In this document: positions 17,639 to 27,403 of the stretch, in pieces
How the letters are laid out: the number at the start of each line of letters is the position of its first letter
Numbering within the stretch: the stretch's first letter is position 1
Source: an uncultured Acidobacteriota bacterium
Lineage (GTDB): Bacteria > Actinomycetota > Acidimicrobiia > Spongiisociales > ZC4RG35
NCBI GenBank assembly: GCA_963828465.1
Contig: CAWHEU010000022.1
Span: 416,001-480,000, forward strand
Direction: 5' to 3'
DNA length: 64,000 nucleotides
Translations under genes and position numbers: made by a program
Notes under the pieces: model-generated
The model's input: the letters and a program-made list of their open reading frames with translations, nothing else
What the model was told of the DNA's origin: nothing
The model's database searches: none

Positions 17639-19672
17639 ATGAATGACAAATCAGACTCAAACCCAGGTGACATAGAACAGATCCGTGACGACATAGACCG
17701 GATCGACGCGGACATCCTCAAGCTCCTCGCGGAGCGGAAGGCGCACAGCCTTCGCATCGCCAAAGAGAAGGGGATCCACGACCGACCCTCCCGGGACCAG
17801 TCGAGAGAAGAGGGCCTCATCTCCGACCGCATCGCGGCCGGGATGGAGCACGATCTCGACTCGGGTCTGGTGAATCGTGTCTGGAGGGAGATCGTCAACG
17901 ATTCGGTGCGGATCCAACAGGAGTATCTCGGCCGCGCCGAGCGGCCCCGCCAGACGATGACCGTGGCCATTCAGGGCATCGAGGGCTCGTACAGCCAGCT
18001 CGCCTCCCAGCAGTTCTTCGACCACAAGGGGATGTCGGTCAACTACCTGCGTGCCCCGACATTCGCCGCGGCCATAGCGGCCGTGCAACGACAGGATGCC
18101 GACGTGGCGGTTCTCCCCATCGAGAACACCACCTCAGGTGCCATCTCGGAGGTCTACGACCTGCTGTTGGAGAGCAGGCTCGATTTCGTCGGTGACGTCC
18201 GTTTCCGAATTCGCCACTGCCTCCTCGGCATCGAAGGCGCCTCGATCTCCGAGTTGCGTCGGATCTACTGCCATCCCCAAGCGGTGGCCCAGTGCTCAGA
18301 GTTCTTGGCCCAGCTCGACCATTGCGAGATCGTCTACTTCTCTGACACCGCCCTCTCCGGGCAGAAGATCCGCGAGTTGGGAGATCCGACGATCGCCGCG
18401 ATCGCCAGCGAGGAAGCAGCGCGTCTTTTCGGCCTCGATGTGTTGAAGACGGGCATCGCCAACAGGGACGAGAACTTCACGCGGTTCGTGGTGGTCGCTG
18501 CTGAGCCGGCGGACGTGCCCGAGGGGGTCGCGGCGAAGACATCGATCGTGATGGCGGTAGGCAACCATCCCGGAGCTCTCATGGAAGCTCTGGCCGTGTT
18601 CCACGACGCCGACATCAACCTCGTCATGCTCGAGTCCCGGCCGATTCCCAACAACCCGCGGGAGGAGCTGTTCTACCTCGACTTCGATGGCAAAATCTCG
18701 GAGCCTGCCGTGCAGGCGGTCCTGGAAACACTCATGCGCCAGGTCCGGTTCCTGAGGGTGCTCGGCAGCTATCCGTCGAGTGACCTCCGGCCTAAGCCCA
18801 TCGAGCGCAAGATGACGAAGGTGAAGCCTAAGGGTCGATCGGCCCTCACCGACCTGTCGCCGACTGCTGCCAGCCCCAAGGGCTACAAGCTGGGGAGCCG
18901 GGGTCACAAGGAGCAGAACACCGTCGTCGAGGTCGCCGGAGTGAAGATCGGGGGAGATGACCTCGTGGTGATCGCCGGGCCCTGCGCCGTCGAGTCCTGG
19001 GATCAGGTGATGACCGCGGCCAAGGCAGTGAAGGAGAGCGGCGGCTCCATCCTTCGTGGGGGATGCTTCAAGCCTCGGACGTCGCCGTACTCGTTCCAGG
19101 GCCTGGCCTACGAGGGTCTCGAGATGCTGGTCGAGGCCGGCAAGGCCTACGGGCTTCCCGTGGTCACCGAGGTGGTCTCACCGGAGGACGTGGAAGGTGT
19201 GGCACGGAAGGCAGACATCCTCCAGATCGGCACCAGAAACATGCAGAACTTCTCCCTGTTGTCGGCGGCGGGTCGAGCTCATCGCCCCGTGATGCTGAAA
19301 CGGGGGATGAGCTCTTCTCTCGACGAGCTGTTGCAGGCGGCCGAATACATCCTGTCCGAGGGGAACCAGCAGGTGTTCCTCTGCGAGAGGGGCATCCGGA
19401 CCTTTGAAACGTCGACCCGGAACACCCTCGACCTGAGCGCCGTGCCGGTACTCCGGCAGCGGACGCATCTACCGATCATCGTCGATCCGTCGCATGCGGC
19501 GGGGGATCGTGACCTCGTGGCGCCCTTGGCGCTTGCGGCTCAGGCGATTGGCGCCCACGGGATCATGGTGGAGATCCACCCCGACCCGGACAATGCCCTC
19601 AGCGACGGCCCGCAATCGCTTCGATTGGATCAGTTCCAGGACCTGATGCTGGCGCTGGGCTTCGGAGGCTAG
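17639..19672 (+). CDS. Fused chorismate mutase / prephenate dehydratase-ACT / DAHP synthase (Ibeta)
   Basis: AroQ-like [17 protein letters not shown]; [29 protein letters not shown]; [49 protein letters not shown]. Confidence 0.92.
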   Translation: MNDKSDSNPGDIEQIRDDIDRIDADILKLLAERKAHSLRIAKEKGIHDRPSRDQSREEGLISDRIAAGMEHDLDSGLVNRVWREIVNDSVRIQQEYLGRAERPRQTMTVAIQGIEGSYSQLASQQFFDHKGMSVNYLRAPTFAAAIAAVQRQDADVAVLPIENTTSGAISEVYDLLLESRLDFVGDVRFRIRHCLLGIEGASISELRRIYCHPQAVAQCSEFLAQLDHCEIVYFSDTALSGQKIRELGDPTIAAIASEEAARLFGLDVLKTGIANRDENFTRFVVVAAEPADVPEGVAAKTSIVMAVGNHPGALMEALAVFHDADINLVMLESRPIPNNPREELFYLDFDGKISEPAVQAVLETLMRQVRFLRVLGSYPSSDLRPKPIERKMTKVKPKGRSALTDLSPTAASPKGYKLGSRGHKEQNTVVEVAGVKIGGDDLVVIAGPCAVESWDQVMTAAKAVKESGGSILRGGCFKPRTSPYSFQGLAYEGLEMLVEAGKAYGLPVVTEVVSPEDVEGVARKADILQIGTRNMQNFSLLSAAGRAHRPVMLKRGMSSSLDELLQAAEYILSEGNQQVFLCERGIRTFETSTRNTLDLSAVPVLRQRTHLPIIVDPSHAAGDRDLVAPLALAAQAIGAHGIMVEIHPDPDNALSDGPQSLRLDQFQDLMLALGFGG

Positions 19673-19676
19673 AAAC

Positions 19677-20291
19677 TCAAGAGGAGACGTCGACCGTTGT
19701 GGGCAGCCACGCTGGTCGCGCCTCCTCGTGGGAGGCGATCAGGTCGTCGTGGCTCATCGTGACTCCGATCCCATCGAGCCCGGTCAGAAGTCGCTCCTTG
19801 GCGGTCGGGTTGAATTCGAAGTGCTCTTCGAGTCCGTCGGCTGTCACGGTTTGGCTCTCCAGATCGATGCTGACCTCTGCAGTTGGGTCAGAAGCCATCT
19901 CGATCAGGCGGGTGACCGCATCCTGGGGCAACTCGACGACCACGAGACCGACATAACTCGAGTTGTTGCGAAAGATGTCGGCTGCCGAGGCGGTGATGAC
20001 CGCCTCGAAGCCCCATTGTTGGATTGCCCACGGGGCGTGCTCACGTGATGAGCCGCACCCGAAGTTCGGTCCTGTGACCAGCACGCGGGCTCCACGGCGG
20101 GCGGGATCGTTGAGGACGAAGTCGGAGCTCGGCGTGCCGTCGTCGGTGTGGGCCCAGTTGTAGAAGAGGAACTCCCCATAGCCATCCCGTTCGATCCGCT
20201 TCAGGAACTGCTGGGGGATGATCTGATCTGTGTCCACGTCGCCGCGGTCGAGGGGCAGCATCGTGCCGGTGATCGTGGTGACCGGCTTCAC
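19677..20291 (-). CDS. leuD: 3-isopropylmalate dehydratase small subunit
   Basis: [23 protein letters not shown]; GTG start overlapping the leuC stop. Confidence 0.95.
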   Translation of the reverse strand: MKPVTTITGTMLPLDRGDVDTDQIIPQQFLKRIERDGYGEFLFYNWAHTDDGTPSSDFVLNDPARRGARVLVTGPNFGCGSSREHAPWAIQQWGFEAVITASAADIFRNNSSYVGLVVVELPQDAVTRLIEMASDPTAEVSIDLESQTVTADGLEEHFEFNPTAKERLLTGLDGIGVTMSHDDLIASHEEARPAWLPTTVDVSS

Positions 20292-21694
20292 GAGTCCTCC
20301 CATTCCCTGACATCGACGAAATGGCCCGCTACAGCAGCCGCAGCCGCCATTGCGGGGCTGACGAGATGAGTCCGGGCCCCACGGCCCTGACGCCCTTCGT
20401 AGTTCCGATTGGAGGTCGAGGCGCATCGCTCCCCGGCCGGGATGACATCGGGGTTCATCGCCAGGCAGCTCGAGCAGCCGGCGTCCCTCCATGAGAACCC
20501 GGCCGCCTCGAAGACCTCGTGGAGACCCTCGGACTCGGCTTGGGCTTTGACCTGCATCGATCCCGGAACAACCACGGCGCTCACGCGTGAGTCGACTCTG
20601 CGGCCCTCGACAACCTTGGCAGCGGCGCGGAGGTCTTCGATCCTCCCGTTCGTGCAAGAGCCAAGGAATACGTGGTCGACCGCGATGTCGAGGATGGGCG
20701 TCCCCGGTCTCAGGGCCATGTACTCGAGGGCGCGAACGGCAGCGTCCCTCTGCAGGGGGTCGTCGTAGGAGTCCGGGGACGGAACCGACCCGGTGACCGG
20801 GACAGTCTGGGCCGGGTTGACCCCCCAACTGACGTGAGGGACAAGACGGGAAGCATCGAGGACCGCCACCTTGTCGAAGACTGCATCCGGATCGGTGACC
20901 AGGCTCTCCCAGGCCGACACCGCCTCGTCCCACTGGGCGCCCTTCGGCGCGAAGGGTCGACCCTCGATGTACCGGATCGTGGTCTCGTCGGGGGCGATCA
21001 TCCCGGCCCGGGCTCCACCCTCGATCGACATGTTGCAGATAGTCATTCTCTGCTCCATGGACAGGTCGTGTATCGCCTTGCCCCGGTACTCGATGACATG
21101 TCGGGTTCCCCCGGACACGCCGATCTGGGCGATGATCCCCAGGATCAAGTCCTTGGCGGCGACGCCCCAGGGCAGGTCGCCCTCGACCTCGACCGCCATC
21201 GACTGCGGTTTGGCCTGCCAGATCGTCTGGGTGGCGAGGACGTGCTCGACCTCTGTGGTGCCGATCCCGAAAGCGAGGGCGCCGAAAGCTCCATGGGTCG
21301 AGGTGTGGCTGTCACCACACACGACGAGCAGCCCGGGTTGGGTCAGACCCTGCTCGGGACCGACGACATGGACGATTCCCTGTCGCGGGTCGTCGAGGCC
21401 GAACATCGTGATGCCGTGGTCCTTGCAGTTCTGGACGAGAGCATCGATCTGCCGCTTGGAGAGGGGGTCGCGAATCCCGAGGGAGCGACCGGTGGTGGGG
21501 ATGCCATGGTCAACCGTGGCCACCGTCAGGTCGGGTCGTCTCACGGTCCTTCCCGACTGGTTGAGACCGGCGAATGCTTGTGGGGAGGTGACCTCGTGGA
21601 CGAGATGCAGATCGACGTAGAGCAGTGTCGGATCTGCGTCGATCACTATGTGGTCGTCCCACACCTTCTGAAAAAGCGTGCGCGGCGCGGTCAT
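20288..21694 (-). CDS. leuC: 3-isopropylmalate dehydratase large subunit
   Basis: [46 protein letters not shown]. Confidence 0.96.
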   Translation of the reverse strand: MTAPRTLFQKVWDDHIVIDADPTLLYVDLHLVHEVTSPQAFAGLNQSGRTVRRPDLTVATVDHGIPTTGRSLGIRDPLSKRQIDALVQNCKDHGITMFGLDDPRQGIVHVVGPEQGLTQPGLLVVCGDSHTSTHGAFGALAFGIGTTEVEHVLATQTIWQAKPQSMAVEVEGDLPWGVAAKDLILGIIAQIGVSGGTRHVIEYRGKAIHDLSMEQRMTICNMSIEGGARAGMIAPDETTIRYIEGRPFAPKGAQWDEAVSAWESLVTDPDAVFDKVAVLDASRLVPHVSWGVNPAQTVPVTGSVPSPDSYDDPLQRDAAVRALEYMALRPGTPILDIAVDHVFLGSCTNGRIEDLRAAAKVVEGRRVDSRVSAVVVPGSMQVKAQAESEGLHEVFEAAGFSWRDAGCSSCLAMNPDVIPAGERCASTSNRNYEGRQGRGARTHLVSPAMAAAAAVAGHFVDVREWEDS

Positions 21695-22770
21695 GCCGGG
21701 GTCCCGGCCTTCTCGGGCTCGGCGACGAGCGAGGCGACCCGGTCGCCGACCTCGGAGGTGCTGATTCCCATCTCACCGGCGCGAAGGGAGGGAAGGGAGC
21801 CGGCCACCTCACCGACTGCGTTCTCGACGGCGTCGGCCGCCGCGCCCTCGCCGAGGATCCGAAGCATCATCCCTGCGGCTCCAATGGCGGCGAGCGGGTT
21901 GATCAGCCCTGTTCCCTCGAACCCAGGGGCGGTGCCGCCGATCGGCTCGAACATGGAGACACCGTTGGGGTTGATGTTGGCCCCGGAAGCGATGCCGAGA
22001 CCGCCCTGGATGGCGGCTGCCAGGTCGGTGATGATGTCGCCGAACATGTTGTCGGTCACGATGACGTCGAATCGGCCGGGGTCCTCGACCATCCAAAGAC
22101 ACGCCGCATCGACGTGTGCGTAGGACGTCTCGACATGCGGATACTCGGCGCCCACCTCATGGAACACTCTCGACCACAGATCCCATGCATAGGTGAGGAC
22201 ATTGGTCTTCCCACAGAGGGTGATGTGTCGCCTGGGCCGACTCCCGGCGAGGTCGAACGCGTATCGGATGCAGCGCTCGACGGCGAACCGGCTGTTGACC
22301 GACTGCTGCACAGCCACTTCGAATGGGGAGCCTTTGGCGGTGAACTCACCCTGGCCGGCATAGAGACCCTCGCTGTTCTCCCTGACCACCACGAAATCGA
22401 CGTCCTCAGGCCGGACGTCGCGGAATGGGCCTTTGACTCCTGGATGGAGCTTCACGGGACGCAGGTTGATGAACTGGTCGAGCTCCCGACGCATCCTCAG
22501 CAGGATGTCCTGCTCGAGGACACCGGGCGGCACCTGTGGATGGCCGACGGCGCCGAAGAGAATGGCGTCGGCGCCGCCCAGGGCCTGGAGGTCCGCCCCG
22601 GTGAGGGTTTCATTCGTCCTCAAGTAGCGCTCGCCACCGAGGTCGAGGTCGTTGTATTCGGTCTCGAAGCCGTGGACTTCAGCAGCGACGTCTAGGACCT
22701 TCACCGCCTCGCCGACTACCTCGGGGCCGGTCCCGTCGCCGGGGACTCTCGCTATGGAATAGCTGCTCAT
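21691..22770 (-). CDS. leuB: 3-isopropylmalate dehydrogenase
   Basis: [29 protein letters not shown]; start ATG 22770 (MSSYSIARV). Confidence 0.93.
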   Translation of the reverse strand: MSSYSIARVPGDGTGPEVVGEAVKVLDVAAEVHGFETEYNDLDLGGERYLRTNETLTGADLQALGGADAILFGAVGHPQVPPGVLEQDILLRMRRELDQFINLRPVKLHPGVKGPFRDVRPEDVDFVVVRENSEGLYAGQGEFTAKGSPFEVAVQQSVNSRFAVERCIRYAFDLAGSRPRRHITLCGKTNVLTYAWDLWSRVFHEVGAEYPHVETSYAHVDAACLWMVEDPGRFDVIVTDNMFGDIITDLAAAIQGGLGIASGANINPNGVSMFEPIGGTAPGFEGTGLINPLAAIGAAGMMLRILGEGAAADAVENAVGEVAGSLPSLRAGEMGISTSEVGDRVASLVAEPEKAGTPA

Positions 22771-23963
22771 TCGAACGAGGCCGTGACCCCGTCCAGTACC
22801 TCGATCCCGGCGACGACCTCCTCGACGATGGCCCGGATCTGATCCGGGGTCACCTCGCCGGAGCGGTCGGCCACCTCCTTCATCCGGGTGAAGGAGGTCT
22901 CGAAGACGGCGTCGCTGACCTCGATGCCGGCCTGATCCAACGCGTGCCTGAAGGCGGCGCGGCCGGAGTGCTTGCCGATCACGATCACGGAACTGCCCAT
23001 GCCTACTGCCACCGGGTCCATTATCTCGTATGTGGTGCGCTCCCTGAGCACGCCGTGCTGATGGATCCCCGACTCGTGGGCGAAGGCATTGCGCCCGACC
23101 ACGGCCTTGTTGAACTGGATGGGGTAGCCCGTCTGCTCCGAGACCAGTCTCGATGTCTCGTAGATCTCCTCTGTGGTGACTCCGACTCCGACGCCGTACG
23201 CGTCGGCACGTACGCGCAACGCCATGACCACCTCCTCTATCGAGGTGTTGCCGGCCCGTTCGCCTATCCCGTTGATGGCGCCCTCCACCTGTCGCGCCCC
23301 GGCCTCCACGGCGGCGAGGGAGTTGGCTACGGCCAGGCCGAGGTCGTTGTGGCAATGGGTCGATACGACCACGTCCTCGCGACCCGCCTTGACCTCCTCG
23401 ACGATGCGTCGGATCAGGATGCCGTAGTCGTTCGGGGTCGCGTAACCCACCGTGTCGGGGATGTTCACGGTGGTGGCACCCGCTTCGACGGCCGCCTGGC
23501 AGACGGCTACGACGAATGAGGGATCAGATCGGGTCGCATCCTCCGGCGAATACTCGACGTTCTCGGTGTAATCGCGGGCGCGCGCCACATTGGCCTTGAC
23601 CGTCGCGAGCACCTCTTCCTCGTTCATGCGGAGCTTGTGCTGCATGTGGATGGGTGAGGTGGCCAGGAACACGTGGATCCGGGGGTCGGCAGCGTCACGA
23701 ATCGCCTCCCAGGCACGGTCCACGTCCTCGGCCTGGGCACGAGCCAGGGCGGCGATGGTTGGGCCTTGCACTTCCTGGGCGATCCGGGTCACGGCCCGGA
23801 AGTCCCCGGGCGAAGAGATGGGAAACCCGGCCTCGATGATGTCGACCCCGAGACGCGCCAGCTGGGTGGCGATCGCAACCTTCTGGTCGGGGTCGAGGGC
23901 GATACCGGGCGCCTGTTCGCCGTCTCTGAGTGTGCTGTCGAAAATCCTTACTCGGTCTTCCAT
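22767..23963 (-). CDS. leuA: 2-isopropylmalate synthase, short form lacking the regulatory domain
   Basis: DSTLRDGEQ, HCHNDLG, NGIGERAGN, HESGIHQ; only 398 aa. Confidence 0.93.
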   Translation of the reverse strand: MEDRVRIFDSTLRDGEQAPGIALDPDQKVAIATQLARLGVDIIEAGFPISSPGDFRAVTRIAQEVQGPTIAALARAQAEDVDRAWEAIRDAADPRIHVFLATSPIHMQHKLRMNEEEVLATVKANVARARDYTENVEYSPEDATRSDPSFVVAVCQAAVEAGATTVNIPDTVGYATPNDYGILIRRIVEEVKAGREDVVVSTHCHNDLGLAVANSLAAVEAGARQVEGAINGIGERAGNTSIEEVVMALRVRADAYGVGVGVTTEEIYETSRLVSEQTGYPIQFNKAVVGRNAFAHESGIHQHGVLRERTTYEIMDPVAVGMGSSVIVIGKHSGRAAFRHALDQAGIEVSDAVFETSFTRMKEVADRSGEVTPDQIRAIVEEVVAGIEVLDGVTASFE

Positions 23964-24023
23964 TGTGTCTCCTGAATCTCGTGGTCTCGTCGGGGCGCCG
24001 GTCTGCCCGGTGGGGCGTTCCGG

Positions 24024-24092
24024 CTAGATAAGAGCGAGGCCGAGAAGGCTCAGGGGAGCCAGGAGACGAAGGGAAAGGGCGGCGCGGGTCAT
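24024..24092 (-). promoter_or_regulatory. Leu-rich leader peptide MTRAALSLRLLAPLSLLGLALI (LEU-element-like translational attenuator)
   Basis: 9 Leu in 22 codons; ATGA overlap with the ilvN stop; GTCTCCTG in the leader is complementary to CAGGAGAC at the leuA SD. Confidence 0.8.
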
Positions 24093-24598
24093 CTTCCCAC
24101 TCCTGCCGTCACCGGGGCCGGGCTGAGCTCCGACTCCCGTTTCATCGCGATGCGGCCCGACTTGACCAGGTCGATGACGCCGTAGGGGCCGAGATGCTCG
24201 AGGAAGGTTCTGAGGTGTTGGGGCGTACCCGCCACCTCGAAGGTCATCGCCGAAGAGCTGATATCGATGACCCTGGCGTCGAACAACGAGGCCGTGTCGC
24301 GGACTTCGCCCCTCGTCGCTGGCTGGGCGCTGATCCGGACGATCATCACTTCTCGTTCGAGTGCCTCTGCCGGCTCCATCTCCTGGACCTTGATCACGTT
24401 TACCAGCTTGTTGAGCTGCTTCTTCAGCTGCTCGAGCTCTGGTGCATCGACGACGAGCGTGATTCGGGATCGCCCATCCTGATGGGTCGGCCCCACCGCC
24501 AGTGAATGGATGTTGAAGGCGCGGTTGGCGAACATTGCCGAAATCCGGGCCAGTACCCCGGGCTTGTCCTCGACGAGCACTGTGAGGGTGTGCTGCAT
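24089..24598 (-). CDS. ilvN: Acetolactate synthase small subunit
   Basis: HTLTVLVEDKPGVLARIS..F..R.FNI.SL.VG, KQLNKLVNVIKV. Confidence 0.95.
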   Translation of the reverse strand: MQHTLTVLVEDKPGVLARISAMFANRAFNIHSLAVGPTHQDGRSRITLVVDAPELEQLKKQLNKLVNVIKVQEMEPAEALEREVMIVRISAQPATRGEVRDTASLFDARVIDISSSAMTFEVAGTPQHLRTFLEHLGPYGVIDLVKSGRIAMKRESELSPAPVTAGVGR

Positions 24599-26319
24599 CA
24601 GAGCTCGTCTCGTCGCATTACGACACGGTCGTTCGAGCCGCCGGCGGGGACCATCGGGAAGCACATCTCCTCGCCGTCGACCACGACTTCGAGGACCACG
24701 GGGCGGTCGTTGACGGACAAAACCTTCTCGATCGCATTGTCGATCTCAGCCGGATGGTCGACCCTGAGGCCGACACAACCCATCGCCTCTGCCAGCTTGG
24801 GGTAATCGGGATAGGTGAACCCGAGGTCGACGGCCGAGAGGCGGCCGCCATAGAAGAGGTTCTGCCACTGCTTCACCATCCCGTAACCGCCGTTGTTGAA
24901 GACGATGATCTTGACCGGGATCTCCTCGGTAGTGGCGGTGATCAGCTCCTGGCAGGTCATCTGGAAGCAGCCGTCGCCGTCGAGGGCGATGACCAGGTCG
25001 TCTGGTCGGGCCGCCTTGGCACCAACCGCTGCCGGAACTGCGAATCCCATCGTCCCCAGACCGCCTGAATTGACCCAGGATCTCGGCTCACGGAAGCCCC
25101 AGAACTGGGAGGCCCACATCTGGTGCTGGCCGACCCCGGCGGCGACCACGGCATCTCCACCGGTGATCGAGTAGAGCCTCTCGATGAAATGCTGGACCTT
25201 GATCGGCCCATCCGGGTCCTGCTCATAGGCGAGCGGGTACTGCTCCTTCCACCTGCCGAGCTGGGCGAACCAATCATCCCGGGCCGGGGAATCGGCCACA
25301 TCGCGTCGAGCGCGGAGACCAATCAGCAGATCGTTCAGGACCGAACGGGCGTCGCCGACGATGGGGACGTCGGCTGCCCGCACTTTGCCGATCTCGGCGG
25401 GATCCACGTCGACATGAATGATCTTGGCATCGGGGGCGAAGGCGTTCGGGTCGCCGGTGACCCGGTCGTCGAATCTCGCACCGAGGCTCACCAGGACGTC
25501 GGATTTCTGAATGGCGGTGGTGGCGGTGTAGAGCCCGTGCATGCCCGGCATCCCCAGGGCGAGTGGATGGTCGTCGGGGAAGGCGCCACGGGCCATCAGG
25601 GTCGTGACGACGGGGGCGTTGACGGCCTCGGCGAAGGCGAGCAGCTCGGGGGCGGCCCCGGCCTTGATCACCCCACCGCCGACGTAGAGCACCGGTCGCT
25701 CCGCCTTTTCGATCATGTCGAGAGCGGCCCGGATCTGCATCGGGTGCCCCGAGACGGTCGGCTTGTAGCCGGGGAGATTGTTCAGATGTGGTTCCCGCCA
25801 GGTGGTGACCTGGTTGAGGACGTCCTTGGGGATGTCGACGAGGACCGGCCCTGGCCGTCCGGTGGAGGCGAGGTGGAAGGCCTCGTGGATCAGGTTCGGG
25901 ATGTCGTCGGCATCGGTCGCCATGTATGAGTGTTTGGTGCAATGCATGGCGAGTCCGGTGGTGTAGGCCTCCTGGAAGGCGTCGCTCCCGATCGCCGATG
26001 TGGGTACTTGCCCGGTGATGGCGACGATCGGTGTCGAATCCATCAGGGCGTTCTGCAATGGAGTGATCAGATTGGTCGCTCCGGGCCCGGAGGTAGCCAT
26101 CACCACGCCCACCAGTCCAGTGGCCTGGGCAAAGCCCTCGGCCATGTGCCCGGCGCCCTGCTCGTGCCGGGCCAGCACATGCCTTATTGGACTGTCAAGG
26201 AGGGGGTCGTAGGCGGGGAGAATGGCACCTCCGGGCACGCCGAAAATGATCTCGACCCCTTCGTACTCCAAGCTACGAAGGAGTGAGTGTGATCCGGTGA
26301 AGTTGGTTGGTTCTGTCAT
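24598..26319 (-). CDS. ilvB: Acetolactate synthase large subunit
   Basis: FGVPGGAILP, RHEQGAGHMA, TSGPGATN, GVGQHQMWA, DGDGCFQMT; start ATG 26319. Confidence 0.96.
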   Translation of the reverse strand: MTEPTNFTGSHSLLRSLEYEGVEIIFGVPGGAILPAYDPLLDSPIRHVLARHEQGAGHMAEGFAQATGLVGVVMATSGPGATNLITPLQNALMDSTPIVAITGQVPTSAIGSDAFQEAYTTGLAMHCTKHSYMATDADDIPNLIHEAFHLASTGRPGPVLVDIPKDVLNQVTTWREPHLNNLPGYKPTVSGHPMQIRAALDMIEKAERPVLYVGGGVIKAGAAPELLAFAEAVNAPVVTTLMARGAFPDDHPLALGMPGMHGLYTATTAIQKSDVLVSLGARFDDRVTGDPNAFAPDAKIIHVDVDPAEIGKVRAADVPIVGDARSVLNDLLIGLRARRDVADSPARDDWFAQLGRWKEQYPLAYEQDPDGPIKVQHFIERLYSITGGDAVVAAGVGQHQMWASQFWGFREPRSWVNSGGLGTMGFAVPAAVGAKAARPDDLVIALDGDGCFQMTCQELITATTEEIPVKIIVFNNGGYGMVKQWQNLFYGGRLSAVDLGFTYPDYPKLAEAMGCVGLRVDHPAEIDNAIEKVLSVNDRPVVLEVVVDGEEMCFPMVPAGGSNDRVVMRRDEL

Positions 26320-26330
26320 GGTGTCGGGTA

Positions 26331-26357
26331 ACAAAAAACCCTCCGGGGTGGAGGGTT
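26331..26357 (-). terminator. Intrinsic terminator of the ilvB attenuator
   Basis: mRNA AACCCUCC-ACCCC-GGAGGGUU followed by UUUUGUU, just upstream of ilvB. Confidence 0.85.
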
Positions 26358-26384
26358 GAGCGCACGCAGGTCTGTTTGCGCGCG

Positions 26385-26432
26385 CTACACGATAAGAAGG
26401 AGTACGTCGGCGGCGGCAAACAACTGTCTCAC
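26385..26432 (-). promoter_or_regulatory. ilv leader peptide (V)RQLFAAADVLLLIV
   Basis: Ends V-L-L-L-I-V-stop before the terminator; TTGACA-N17-TTTACT upstream (TTGACA at 26468-26473). Confidence 0.8.
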
Positions 26433-26527
26433 GTGTGGATTCCAAGTAAACAACCTGCCCGTACGCATGTCAAGAACATCGGGCGTTCCCTGCCCTCCCT
26501 GAACCTTTCTGGCGGCAAAATGGGGGC

Positions 26528-27403
26528 ATGCGTGAGTACGGGGCGGTGGAGATTGGGGGAACCAGGACGTCGTGCGCCGCTGGCTCGTCACCGGATGACA
26601 TGTCGAAGAAAGTCACCTTTCCCACGACCGAGCCGGCGGAGACCCTTGGGAGGGTGGTCGAGTTCCTGCGGGAGCTGGCACCCGAAGCGATCGGGATCGC
26701 TGCATTCGGGCCGCTGGGCCTTGTCGGCGGTCGTATCGGGGTAACACCCAAGGAGGGCTGGTCGGGGACAGACCTTGTCGGTCCGGTGAGGAATGCGATC
26801 GATGTCCCGATCGGCCTGGACACCGATGTCAACGGCGCAGCGCTCGGCGAGGGCCGGTGGGGCGCCGCCCGGGGGTTAGCCACTTTTGTCTATGTCACCG
26901 TCGGCACCGGGATCGGCGGCGGTGCTCTGGTCGATGGTGAGCCGATCCACGGGCTGGGGCATCCCGAGATGGGCCACATCTCGGTGCGACGTCAGCCAGA
27001 CGATGACTATCCCGGCATCTGCCGCCTCCATGGGGATTGTCTCGAAGGACTGGCCAGCGGACCGGCGATCGAGGGGCGGTCGGGGATCCGGGGAGAAGCT
27101 CTATCGGGATCCGATCTGGCGACGGCCGTCGAGATCGAGGCCTTCTATCTCGCCCAGATGGTCCGGAACCTGGTGTACATCCTGGCTCCGGAACGAGTGA
27201 TAGTGGGCGGGGGAGTTTCACATCTCCCCGGCCTGATCGACCGGGTCAACGAGAGTTTGATCGACGAGTTGTCCGGCTACCCGGGGCTCGCCGAGCACGA
27301 ATCAGGGTTCGTAGTTCCGCCCGGGCTGGGCGACATGTCCGGTTTGGCCGGAGCATTGGTCCTCGCCGCGCGAGCCTTCGATCGGGCTATGTCGTCCGAG
27401 TGA
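26528..27403 (+). CDS. ROK-family sugar kinase (fructokinase-like)
   Basis: EIGGT, DTDVNGAALGE, TVGTGIGGG, HPEMGH, C..HGDCLEG. Confidence 0.9.
   Translation: MREYGAVEIGGTRTSCAAGSSPDDMSKKVTFPTTEPAETLGRVVEFLRELAPEAIGIAAFGPLGLVGGRIGVTPKEGWSGTDLVGPVRNAIDVPIGLDTDVNGAALGEGRWGAARGLATFVYVTVGTGIGGGALVDGEPIHGLGHPEMGHISVRRQPDDDYPGICRLHGDCLEGLASGPAIEGRSGIRGEALSGSDLATAVEIEAFYLAQMVRNLVYILAPERVIVGGGVSHLPGLIDRVNESLIDELSGYPGLAEHESGFVVPPGLGDMSGLAGALVLAARAFDRAMSSE

Noticed and set aside
20672-22695. Long antisense ORFs (e.g. 20672-22123, 33053-34612, 56351-57721)
   Set aside because: Shadow ORFs opposite well-supported genes, expected from high-GC codon bias; no motifs.
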